Assembly: GCA_965644265.1 (NCBI GenBank)
Contig: OZ286459.1
Location: 128,092,001 to 128,156,000, forward strand
DNA from: Glycera tridactyla
Taxonomy: Eukaryota
Direction: 5' to 3'
Length of the DNA: 64,000 nt
How positions within the stretch are numbered: position 1 is the first letter of the stretch; each line of letters begins with the position of its first letter. Shown in pieces: positions 39,972 to 52,419 of this stretch. The position numbers were made by a program, and so were the translations under genes. The notes below the pieces were generated by a model. The model was given only the letters and a program-made list of their open reading frames with translations, did no database searches and was not told the DNA's origin.

Positions 39972-42900
39972 AAAGAATATTATATCTTGATGGCTGTATA
40001 TTCTGAAAAATATAATAACCTACTTATTAGACACACAATATTCATTTGATAAGAATGGCATGTGTTCTCAAAAAATATGAGAACCAATCGAAGAAAAAAG
40101 GCTATGCTGTCTCACTATCTTGCTGATGAAAAATATGGGAATAATGAAAATTATGCTGCTGTACAAATTGTGTAACATCAGATCTGTTTATTCTACGTTC
40201 AACTGTACTTTTTTTCATGTGTTGGCTTCTCAGATAGCATATTGATGTTTGAAAGTGCCTCCGTGTGAAAAATAATTACTGATTTTATTAATGAGTATGA
40301 CCATGATATCAAGTGGAATGGTTTTCAAATATGAGTTTTGTATCAGGTTTTTCTATATTTGCCTTTTTTTTCCACAATTTTTCCCTCTCAAAAACAGGTC
40401 CCAGTTTCAATATCCAGGTACTAGCTCCACATTTTCTGAATAAAATGAGTACATGTTCACCATCTTGTATGCCTCGACTATCTTACCCATTTCCAGTAAT
40501 AAGATACCTTCAAATCAATTTTTTGTGTTCATTTCATGGTAATTTTCTCAAGAATAATGAAGAAATCATAGATAGAACGATTCGAAATGTCCCAGCTGCT
40601 TGTGTTTTGCTTGTACACGGTGATTTTTCTCTGCATTTCAGCAACATGCAGATGCATCAGTTTTTCATGTAATGAGTGGAGAGTTGTGTCCGGATTGTCA
40701 TCAATTTCCATTTGAAATCCTCTCGTACTGCCCAGTACTAGTTTTTGCTGGGGACATATAGCAAACATAATTCCATAGGTTGATTCATACTATTTAATTC
40801 CACCAAACCAACCTTCCAACAACCAAACCAGTCAAATGTTCCAAGGTGTCTCTTGACAGCTGGTTATTCATTTTATGGAATCCACCAATCCCACAAGCCA
40901 GCTATGTTATTTACTCGTATGAACTCGACTCCATTGAATTAAACATAATGGCCTTTTCTGTATGAGGTGGGAGCATTAGGGTTTATATCATTGAAATATT
41001 GGAATGTGGAGAGGTATTAGCTGTTGAGGGTGGGTGGGCAGTGACGGAGGGATTCCCTGGGAGTATGACCCAGGTCTGAGGTCAAGATGTGTATGTGATC
41101 CTCACCAAGTGATGAACTAAACCAGAAGGGATGAATCCATTGTCTCTTGGTTGGATCTACACAGACACATGCTTGCAATTATACATCTGTGTACTATGGA
41201 TTTCTGTTGGTAATATATTTCAGGATATAGATTAATCGAGAATTATTCTGACTGATCGATCAATTATAATCAATATTCAGGCACCACATGAGGAATTTTG
41301 TTACATGAGGTGACATAATGTTAGAAGTGGAAAGGCATTACTCTATCTGTAGGAAGAGTGGAAATAAGCTTGAAAGCAAAATATAGACAAATGTATTTAA
41401 TACATGTATAACTGGGAAATATTTGTTCTTGAGACATTGCATGATTCAATGATGAGTTCTATCTTCCCAACATGGATTGAAATGGAATTGACTCCAATTT
41501 GGTAACATCGATGAGTAGAATTGTTTTAAATTTTTAAATGCATCTCTGGAGACTGAAGTTTTCCCAAACATGCCATCTATAGTTGTTTGGGATATATATG
41601 TAGCTTACTGACAAGAATTCATTGAAGGCTTCTCTGGAAAGATTAGATGGATGTTTCAACTTGGGCATGTGGATTCATGCATTCATGTGTTTGCTAGTGA
41701 ATCATTTCACAGCTGGTTGACTTGGCTGTCTCTCTGTATTTAGTAGTTGAGCGGCCTCCCTCAGATGGGAAGTGCCTAGGGCGTTCACAAATAAACACTT
41801 GCCATGTCAAACTCAGCTGGGGTGGGCTGATGGCCCTGGCCTGGAGAGGGGCAAAACACGGGTGGGGGTTGAAGAGGGTGTGAGGTGTCCCCTCAGGGCA
41901 ATAGTGTTTATCTCTCTAAGAATGAAACAAACTTTCCCACCACCCTGCTTCTTAGCAATATTAAACTGCTGGGCATCCTCAGGTGTTGGATTTATTTTGT
42001 TTTTCTTGCAATATCAAGCTACGTAAATAAGACTAACTGACTAAAGTAGACATGCATGCCGACCAGCTTCCACAGGATTAGGCACCTTTTTTTGTTCTGC
42101 AGATAATCTCCTGAATTCACACAGTTTTGAATTATTAAATGGACGGATATGAAAATGGTTTTGAGGTATGCACAGTGTTTATTTTTCTCCTTTGAATTGA
42201 AAATTCATTTCCTTGCTTGTTTTCTTGATGTGTCATATTTCCCTCACTTGTGGTTCATTATTATATGTTCAGGCCATCTCTGTGAAAAGCCATCATGGAT
42301 CAATCTTTCGGCTTGTGGGGATGATAAGACAGTAATGATAGAAAAAACAATGGGGAAACTATGCCATTTGACAACCACTGATGACATGAGGGAAGATGGC
42401 CTTCTGAGATGTACAATGTCAAATGTGTTCTGCTTGTCAGTTGTGGTTGTGGCCCATGTCAGATGAAGGAAGGCTTCGACATATATTTCATGTCAGTATT
42501 TTAACTACTGCCTGACTGACATGGGAATTTGGATACATGTCATCAATGACAGAGATTATAAAGCACAGATTATTTCACACAGTAGGTTAATAATCCTGAG
42601 AGGNNNNNNNNNNNNNNNNNNNNNNNNNNNNNNNNNNNNNNNNNNNNNNNNNNNNNNNNNNNNNNNNNNNNNNNNNNNNNNNNNNNNNNNNNNNNNNNNN
42701 NNNNNNNNNNNNNNNNNNNNNNNNNNNNNNNNNNNNNNNNNNNNNNNNNNNNNNNNNNNNNNNNNNNNNNNNNNNNNNNNNNNNNNNNNNNNNACACACA
42801 TGCATGCAGAGACAACACANNNNNNNNNNNNNNNNNNNNNNNNNNNNNNNNNNNNNNNNNNNNNNNNNNNNNNNNNNNNNNNNNNNNNNNNNNNNNNNNN

Positions 42901-45900
42901 NNNNNNNNNNNNNNNNNNNNNNNNNNNNNNNNNNNNNNNNNNNNNNNNNNNNNNNNNNNNNNNNNNNNNNNNNNNNNNNNNNNNNNNNNNNNNNNNNNNN
43001 NNNNNNNNNNNNNNNNNNNNNNNNNNNNNNNNNNNNNNNNNNNNNNNNNNNNNNNNNNNNNNNNNNNNNNNNNNNNNNNNNNNNNNNNNNNNNNNNNNNN
43101 NNNNNNNNNNNNNNNNTTGAATTTGTGGAGTAAAGGGTGTGGCCAGACATGATGGTGGGTGCCTTGCTTGATGTGATAGGCTGGGCGCTGGTTTGGGCCA
43201 ACACTGACAAATGGATTACTTCAGCACACCACCAAAGTGACGTCCAGGCCAACTTGACTGACAACACCACATCGTATGTATGCCGCTCACGCCAACCATG
43301 GCACCCAAGGGAGATCAGCCACATATTTCCACTGATTAGCTTCTTCGCTGGTTTTTAAATACATGCTGATATTTTTTGGCTTATTATTTTGTGGTAAATC
43401 TCCTCATTTTGACAGCCTTGACAAATCAGACCAGTTTAATATAGAGCATGCCGTAACCTATACTCTTCAAGTTAGAGCTCCAGAAACAGCTGTATTCTTT
43501 GATTCAGGACTCTTAGTTTTGACAATTATCAATTTTTGATGATGTTCGTGACTCATCAAAGAAAAGCTAGACACATGATAATCTATTATAGTAGTTCTGA
43601 AAATGAATTATGCCATTGCTCACGAAAACCTTCCCAATCCACCATCCCTACAATTCAATATTCTCTCCTGTTTTCCAGTGCCATCTGAATGAGAACTCCT
43701 CAGTGGACTGAATGACAACTTTCTTAATTGGATGAAAATACACCATTGAAATTACAATTTACGTTTTCAGAAATTTTCCAATTTCTTGTGGATTTGAACC
43801 TGAGATCTCCAGCATGGCACCGACTGCCTAGCCTGTGGAGGAGCAAGCTTACTCACATGCTGAGCTATGTTGACCACTCCATAAAAAGTGGCAACACAAT
43901 GAACAGTTTTCATTTCAAACTAGTATCCAAAATGGATATGCACAGTTCATAGTTCCAATTTACATGGTTAATGATCGAGCAGCATTTTAATATTTCTTGA
44001 AGTAATAAAAGTATATATTTTAGGGAATTGGAAAATTCATGGGTGGTTCTGGGAAATTAGTTCCATGGATTGGTGGTAATCTCTGATGGCACTACTTTTT
44101 ATTGTCATGAGAAACTTGTCTGTGACCCACCCAGAATGACGGCCCTTGAGCTCTCAAATCTAGGTCATTCATCCCACTAGAATCGGGGCAACAAAAATGT
44201 ACCGCAGATAAGAGGGAAGAAAGGTTAGCCACTTGAAGAAAAATAACCATTCCTGTTTTTGATTAAAAACCTGGTGAATTGTATCAAGATAGGAGTTATC
44301 TTGAAATGAGTGAACTGCACCGTTGTCATAGCTACAAGCAATAGTACATAGTTGTCTTTATGCTGCCTGACAAACCCTTGTTTGTTGCCTGAATATTTGA
44401 ACAAAAACCCACTTGAAGTCCATTTTTATGAGTGAAACAGTTATAATGATGCTATTTATTTGCTCTATTGAGCCTTCTGATTTTCAAGTGTTCACTTCAG
44501 ATGGGATGTTCCTCTTATCCTTTCTTCCTGCATCCAAAATGATTCACTATGTGAAGGATTAAATCATCCATTGGGTGGTTCTGGTAATGTTATTAAACAG
44601 GTTACAATAATATATGAAGGCATTCACTCAAAATGGAGAGAGAGAGAGGGGGGGGGGGGGGAGGAAGGGAGGGAGAGAGAGAGAGAGATTGGCTTCTTTC
44701 CTCGGCCACCCTAGGCCACCCCAACTGCACCCTGGCACCTTGTCTACAGGCAGTTTTTAATGTACTTCATATGTTACAAATTCCTCCTGGTTGCTGATTT
44801 CTAAATGGTGCTTTTGTTTGTGCCATGTTTGTTTTATAAACCCCTCCTGATAATCTCTTGACGTCAACAGTTTATCCAACTCTTTCTCTGCAGCATATTT
44901 GAACAGTGGCAGTGGCATGACTTGCATATCTACAGCGATAACCCGGTAGAAGCAAAGATTTGCCATATTTTGAGTTCCATGATGAATTACCTGTGCAGGC
45001 TTTGAAAATATTCAAGCATTCAGAAAAACAGAATTTATCTTTACAGTGAAACGAAAATTTGCTGAACATGGTTAAGACACGCTGTGAATACACCATTTCA
45101 ACCCTTTGTCTTGGGACATGGCACAATAGTTCCTACCTCAGAATACAGCATGAAAAGGGATAAGTAATGGTACAGAACATGTAGAAGTTCGTTATTTTCT
45201 CATCAATCTTCATTCAATAATTTGCTGGATTTAATGTATATGATTTAAAGTCAAGATATGTCGTATGGGAATCAGAATTTCTACTATTTGTTGGAGTCAA
45301 ATACTTCAGTCAAATACTATCCTAGATTATCTCAGTGGTCAAATTGCATCACAAAATATGAATGATATAATGTCAAATAAAGATTGGTCATTCTGTCATT
45401 CATATTTTTGTGATGGCAGAATTTGGGGTAAGGCTCAAAACTTTCTGAACATATGTACATACAGCCCCTCCCCCCCCCCCCCCCCACACACACACACTGA
45501 GATTGGTTTTGTTTACAAAGCAGGAGTATTGCAGACTACCATGTGTTATAGAGTAGAATGATTTATGGGTGTTGGGAGCATGTGTTTTGAGCCAGCATCC
45601 ATGCTTAAGTGTTTGTTCTATACCTGCTCCATATATCAAATCCACACACATCACTCATTCGCCAGTCATCCTAAATTACCCTGCAGTATGCACTGGTGGG
45701 AGTCAAACATGTCCTAAGCATGAAGCAAAAAACACTATGTGCTTAGGGCAAGTTCATGCTCAGAACAAGTCAATCATTGTGAAAAATATTCTGGTGGGAC
45801 AAACAGAAATATGTTGCGTAGGGCAAATTCTCGATTAGTACAAGTCATACAATTCACAATTCCCTTCATCAGTCACTAAAATAGAATGAGTATGGAAGAT

Positions 45901-46671
45901 GGAAGTCAAATGAGGAACCTCAGTCTCTTCACCTCATGGAAACTTCAACCGCCAATTAATTTTAATTGAGACTTTGGTTCCCTTTAAGTGAAACTTGCAG
46001 TATTGTATTCAAATTACAGTAGAATTTGCTCCAAAAGTCACCTGCCTACTAAGTTCACTTCCTTATTTGACTGTGATTATGGATTGACTGTGATCTAAGT
46101 CTAACCTGTATTGAGCAACCAACTTCCTAACGCAGCCAAATTTGAATAGTACTGAAAGATTATCAATGGGAACATGTGCTTATAACTGTCTGGTCAGGCT
46201 TCAACTAGTAGGTGTGGATGGGAATTGGTGTTGTTTGAGAAGTTATCAGTAAATTGGGACAAGTCTGAGCTGCCTTTTGACTGTTGTGGACATTCAGTAT
46301 GGGTGCCACATAGCCAGTTGAGTGGTTGAAGTTGGGGACAGTATAAAGAAATTCTGTGTCAGACATGGGTGGGTGGAAGCGTGATTTTTGGGTGTGGACA
46401 GGAGTGGGGAGTGTCTGTTTGATGGCACAGATGGGATATGGACAAGTGTTTAGGCACATAGTGTGGAGTGTGAGTGAGCGAAGCTTGGTGAGTGAGTAAT
46501 CACATGTTCCTACTCCATACACACATAAACACTTGCTCACTAACATGTAGATGGTGGCAGGCTCCGACCCCACACCCCCAACCCGTGCCACCAGACCCTC
46601 ATTGAAGGGCCACCGTCTCCAGCCGCTCATTAATCATTCCATGTAGTTAGTTCCTTTGATGAATGGAAACT

Positions 46672-46672
<1 letters not shown>

Positions 46673-46750
<78 letters not shown>

Positions 46751-46765
46751 ATGCATGCGCATGTG
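46673..46765. repeat. (GT)37 followed by gcgcatgcatgcgcatgtg; 93-bp alternating purine-pyrimidine tract
   Basis: Direct reading. Confidence 0.95.
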
Positions 46766-49617
46766 AAAATACCACCACAATTCTCGTAGTAATTGTTCAT
46801 GTCATAATTTCAGTCAGAGATTGATGTTGTTTGTTTTATTTTACTGCATTATCGGCAATCTTTGAGATGAAAATAACAAATCTGTAGTATGGCTGAGCTA
46901 ATATAGTCCCCTAAAAGGAATTTTTGTGGGGGGAGGGGGTGTCTGCATTCTTGCTCTTATGCCACAAGGAAGCATTCAGTAATAATATGCTGGGAACAAA
47001 GTATTTTCATCATAGGCTTCAAAAGAGATCATGCTCGTATAGATTTTGCATCTCAGGGCCACTAAAATAACGCATACATGCCTGAATATGTTGTTTCCTA
47101 ATTTGATATTCATCTAAGGACTAGAATTTTCATGACAAGTTGACATTCTTGGATGCTGCTGTAGTGCGGAATACAGAATGAACGAGGAAAACATCGAGTT
47201 GTAAAGATGAGACTGTTTTGTTTGATCTGTGATTGGCTCACTCAACAATGTTACTTCAGATTTAATATCTATTGTCTGCATGCGTCCCGGGAATTTTTCA
47301 AAAGCTTTATTGCCTTGTTGAATTACAATGAAAGAAGAGGAAACAATAATCATTGTCTTTGGCTGTAGTTCGTGGCACCAGGGATGGATTAGTTTCGGGT
47401 GGAAGTCGTGTCTATGCAGTAATTGGCTCTGCATTAGGAAATGCCATCCTCCTGTCTTTTGCATTTGGTAAAAACACTTCATACATGTGATTTTGCCACA
47501 CCCTCGACAGTTATGACAGTTTTTGCACACACGCAGAGATCTATTAATTACATGCATGTATTCAATCCTCGATCTCAAAGATATTGATGACAATGATGAA
47601 TTCTTAGTTGGTTGTTTTATCCTTCTGCAACAGCATATACATGAGAATTATGCCTACTGGTGTATCGTTTCATGTGATGCATTTTGAATTCTATGGACTC
47701 ACATCAGGATTGCAGGGATAGAGATATGATTATTCCCGGCATGAAAATATCCATCTTTAATTTTTCTTATTATGAGTGATGAGAGATGAATACAATTCTT
47801 ATTATTTTTATCATCCTAGGGATTTCTTTTGAAAGATCCATACTCATATGATGGGGTGCACCCTTGCAGCAGTAGGTTAGTGGGGCTTGGATTGTAATAT
47901 ATCCATAAGTTATTAGCAGAAGAGGGATCTGGTATCAGGAAGTGCTATTCTTCTCCTGTAGAGAGGCTAGAATGAGTGGTGGGAGGGGAGAAGTAGAGAG
48001 AGACAGTGCTATTTAGTCAAAGTTGTATCTAATGTCAGAAGGAGTTGGAAAAGGACCGCTGGGTGAGCTGACAGCTTCATATGAGATGCTTGGCCCGGCC
48101 TCTATCAGCCTTGTCAGGTTACACGCTCTCTCTAGTATATCTGATATCCTAGACAAGCCCCATCTAGTGAGCTTTTAGGGAAGTTGTCCATACATGTAAA
48201 CATATGCCATTCAGGTTGCCGAGTGCCCATTTCATTCATTTGCAATCTGATTGACAGCTCGGGCACTTTTCTCCATTCAGACTTGGGCACATACTGTCCA
48301 GTATCCCTCACAAATTTGTCCTTGATGCAAGTTTAAAAAAACACATCAATTATTTTCTGGTCGCTTGTAGAAATATCCCATGCTCCATTGATCTCACAAT
48401 TTTGAGAATTGGTCCACGGAAATGACCTTAAAATTTCAATGGATCCTCAGATTCCATGTGTCTTTATTTCCGCGTAGGAGGAAGAATGTTAAGTGTCGGC
48501 TTTTCAGGTGAGATGGCTTCTCTGATGAAAACTGAAGAAGATTACCATGTGAGAATGATTAAATGTCAGCATTCACCACAGGTGAAATGTAAAAAAATAG
48601 TGACCCAATTTCAAGCAAATGCCATAGAAGTGTGGCTGAAACTATGAGCTGTCAGTTGTGACAGGTCTGCTGAGAAAATTTTCATCTGATTGTACAAAAA
48701 CATGGCCCAGCTCACCACAACTCTCACGAAGCTAGTGATTTCAAAGGATAAGAATACCAAGATACATGTAGCCATGGTTCTAGTAAGGTTTGCTCTCTTC
48801 ATTGTGGTCCAGGCGAAGTTCGGCAATATTATGTATTTTACACTCACACCCCTTCCAAATATGTTCTCGTTTGACATTGCGAGCCGGTCACTGGTGTATG
48901 GAAAATGGGAAAAAGTATTCTTGGAAAATGCTTGCTCATTTTATTTTTATCTGCCTGATAAATATGCAATGAATGAATGATCAGTTAGATTGAGCAAAGC
49001 AGGTAAGATTTTGAATGGGGGAGCCATATAGATCTCAAATCCACCAGATCCTGTGGTATTTGAATTTTTTGTTATGTAAATGCAAATGCATATTTTCCAG
49101 TGAATTTGGTGGCCATTGGTGTTAGTTGGAGATGCTGATGTTGAGGTGACTTGATTGTGGATTGACTGGCAGGGCTAGTGCCCTTCCGAATCTTGCCTCC
49201 ATTGAATCTTGCCTCCAATGATGGCCGAGGAAATAAAGAAGCCAACGTCTGACAGTCTTACAATCGGCAAGAAGTGATGACATGCTGACGAGATGCTGCT
49301 ACTCCTTGCCTTCTCTCACTTTCCCTGTCCATTTTCAGATTATATTCCTATGATGAATGAGCTCTCCTGGAAATGTGCCCCTCTCACTTTGGTTCAACAA
49401 TGTTATTTGATCAGATATAAAATTGCAGCCACTATGCTCTGGTAGTGAATGGACACAGATGCATGCATTCTGTCTGGCGCACACAGGCAAATTGTTCTTC
49501 ATTGTCATCAGCAGCAGCCTCAAACACAGCAGCAGCAGAAGCATCGGAATAGAAACAATGCAGCTCTAAAAGTAGCAGCAACCCATGTAGAACAACCAAA
49601 AATGACTGCAGTACAAT

Positions 49618-49641
49618 CAGCAGCAGCAGCAGCAGCATCAC

Positions 49642-49709
<68 letters not shown>

Positions 49710-49778
49710 GAAGCAGTAGTAGTAGCAGAAGCAGTAGTAGCAGTAGCAGTAGTAGTAGCAGCAGCAGCAGTAGTAGTA
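49618..49778. repeat. Compound trinucleotide repeat (CAG/CAT/AAG/TAG blocks), with related repeats at about 49505-49545 and 49930-50045
   Basis: Direct reading; explains the poly-M/L/A/C ORFs in the track. Confidence 0.97.
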
Positions 49779-50300
49779 AACAGTAAACAGTATTTTATTA
49801 ACATGACCAGTGCACACATATACGAATATACAACATGGTAATGAAATATCTCCATTGCATAATGCGATGGCAGGGTAAATAAAAGTTTGTATAATATGCC
49901 TTGTACCCGCTCCAATGTAGGAGCTATCGGTAGTAGCATCAGTAGCAGTGGCAAAGCAGCAGCAGTAGTAGTGGCAAGGCAGCAGCAGCAGTAGCAGCAG
50001 TAGCAACAGCAATGGTCACAACAGCAGCATGCAGGACAGTAGCAGGGGTGGCATCTGATTGAAAGATATTATCAGACTGCTGCATGTGAGGTGAATATTC
50101 ATTTGTGCATCCAGATAAAACTAATTGAAATTTAACAAGAATGCTCCTCCAGCAAATGAGGTGTTCAGATAGGCATTGCCTGCTTTATCTTGACTTCCAC
50201 CTTACATTACTCTAATCAACTGCCTTCTCTACCGGCCTCATCCACAACTTCCAAGCATGTACTGATCACCCACACATCAAGTAGTTGATATAAATCACAG

Positions 50301-50488
50301 GGATGTGATTGTTCCAGGGATCTGCAGATCTCCATGTTCATTTTCACAGATGTAGCAGTCCATTTTCATGAAAAAAAGGCATTTTATGCTGATCATTTTG
50401 GCTTCTAGATAATGAAAATTGGACTAGAATTAGTGGAGATAGAGCAAGGAGTTTGTATGAAGCTATAGGAACCATTAGTTAGCAGTTG
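50301..50488 (+). repeat. Dispersed repeat, copy 1 (unclassified)
   Basis: Aligns by eye with 57544-57709 (ggatgt-gatt.ttccagggatc...gcattttatgctgat.attttggctt.tagat.atga.aattggac.agaattagtggaga...gtttgtat...ttagcagttg). Confidence 0.8.
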
Positions 50489-50865
50489 CTGGGGTTTCTT
50501 GGTCCATTTGAAAAACGGTAGCATGAACTTGTGGATGTTTGAGCCGAATGTGATGCCTCTTTCAAAGGCAGCCTACATTCAGAGCCTGGTCATTGTGCAT
50601 ACATTTCTAACAAAATGTAAGAGAATGAACAGAATGCAGTCAGTGTTCGTAATAGTGCTGCAAGTCACTCATATATCACTGAACGCTTCAACGATGTCTG
50701 GTTCATTCCATCAGATAACAGTGGAGTTCAGATTAGGCACATCTGGAGCTTCAAATCTGAAAGATTGTGCAGTGAGATTGGAATGAATGAACAAGAGCAG
50801 GCCGAGTTGTTGGCCAGATTTCTGCCGACTTTTCTTTGATGGCAGTTTACCAATTCTCTCTGGTG

Positions 50866-51080
50866 AGTCGGCGGCTGATCGGAGAAGTGCTGCGGCAAAT
50901 TGAATCAGCCGTGTAACCGTATCCGTTTGGAGGCGTACCTGTGTGTCCTATGGGGCCAGCCTTAGCTCAAAACCAATTAGGTTGTTTAACGTACTCATCA
51001 CGCATTCGCTGCCGCTCCCACCTTATCGGATTTGTGGGCCCCTTGAATTTAATCAGTAGTTTGGGGTGAGCGGTCTCGGG
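50866..51080. promoter_or_regulatory. CpG-rich intronic patch (candidate enhancer or young TE remnant)
   Basis: 15 CpG in about 210 bp. Confidence 0.35.
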
Positions 51081-52324
51081 ATCACAGAGAAGAGTGAGTT
51101 CAGACCCATCTCTCAATTGCTTCAATCAGCTAGAATGCACCCTACATGAGCACTGTTCTGTGAGCACTGTTCCGGCAAGACATTATCATCTGAGGTCTCA
51201 TCGGAGTTGATGTATTCTTCATGAAAAATTCATGCAGATTTATTTGTAACTTACTTTTGGGTCGGAAGACTTTGATGAGATTTATCTGCAAAAAATGTCA
51301 AGTGGGATCTTGGTGAAATTCCTGAGTGAATATTTTGATGGTATGAAGAGGTATATACAGGACGGTAGTATACACTTTTTCAATAATCATGATTTGAATC
51401 TGATGGAATCACACACACACACAAAATGTTAATTACTGCGTTGGGGGCAGTGGTCAACTTGATCTGTATCCTTTTTGTGTACAGTGTCATGGAAGAGATA
51501 GTTCAAATATGTCATGTACTCAGTCAACTGGAATTTTACCACCGTTCCATTTGAACTGATTTCATTCTGAGTGATGAGGTATACAGTGGTGCCAACATTT
51601 TCTACAAGGTTGGTCCTGAGTTGTCATAAAATGAGATCTGCTTGGACCTATAATCATGCTTGGTTTGGCTTTTCACCCTTTATACAAGAGATGTTCATAG
51701 TAGTCTCGTCAATATTTCACCTTTCCACTAGATGGCTCTAGAATTTCATGTGTTTTTAGCAATCAAAGGAATGATGTGAACCCCATACTTTGAACTGTGC
51801 CAACCTTTCATTGTGTCTCTCATGAAAATCTCTAGTCCATGAATAGTATTTCAAGCAGTGTGAGTGGGGAAATGGGACAGGCCCAGAAGTCCCCAAATTG
51901 TTATTCTAATTTGTCATTTGGAATGTGGGTCACCTCCAAGATCAAAGTGATTGGAAACTGGATCTCTGGAAATTCTTGTGTGGGCACCGGCCAAGAACTA
52001 ATAGTGTTAGAGCTGGTCTGTATCAGAGAGACAAGTAAAAAGTCATCAAGAGATGGAAGCGATGCAAAGGTCAGAGGCTAAAAGCGCCACTGGCAAGCAA
52101 AATATGTCAGTTTGGTCACAATCGGAGCCCCTGCTGTGAACAGAGGGGCATAGCAAAACAAATGCCCTTGGTTGGAGCCTAAGCCAGTTAGGCCTTTGGT
52201 GCTCTCCATACAGCATTGGCAAAATTGGTGCTGGATATTGCATCTTTCACTCATTGAAGATTAGTAAAGTAGGGCCTTTCAGACAGACATCCTTCAAATT
52301 TAGTTTTTCAAGATAGAATCTTGC

Positions 52325-52419
52325 TGATTGCAGGTATATCTACAAAGGGATGATCGAAAAGTTTTGTTCATTGCAGGTGATTACCTATTGCAGGCATGCC
52401 CATATTAGGTTTTACTGTA
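52325..52419 (+). mobile_element. Right end of a TA-CAGT MITE
   Basis: Ends aggttttactg|ta like the right TIR at 4169-4181; internal attgcagg repeated three times. Confidence 0.55.

Noticed and set aside
49432-50012. Poly-M, poly-L, poly-A, poly-C ORFs
   Set aside because: Triplet repeat translations, not genes.
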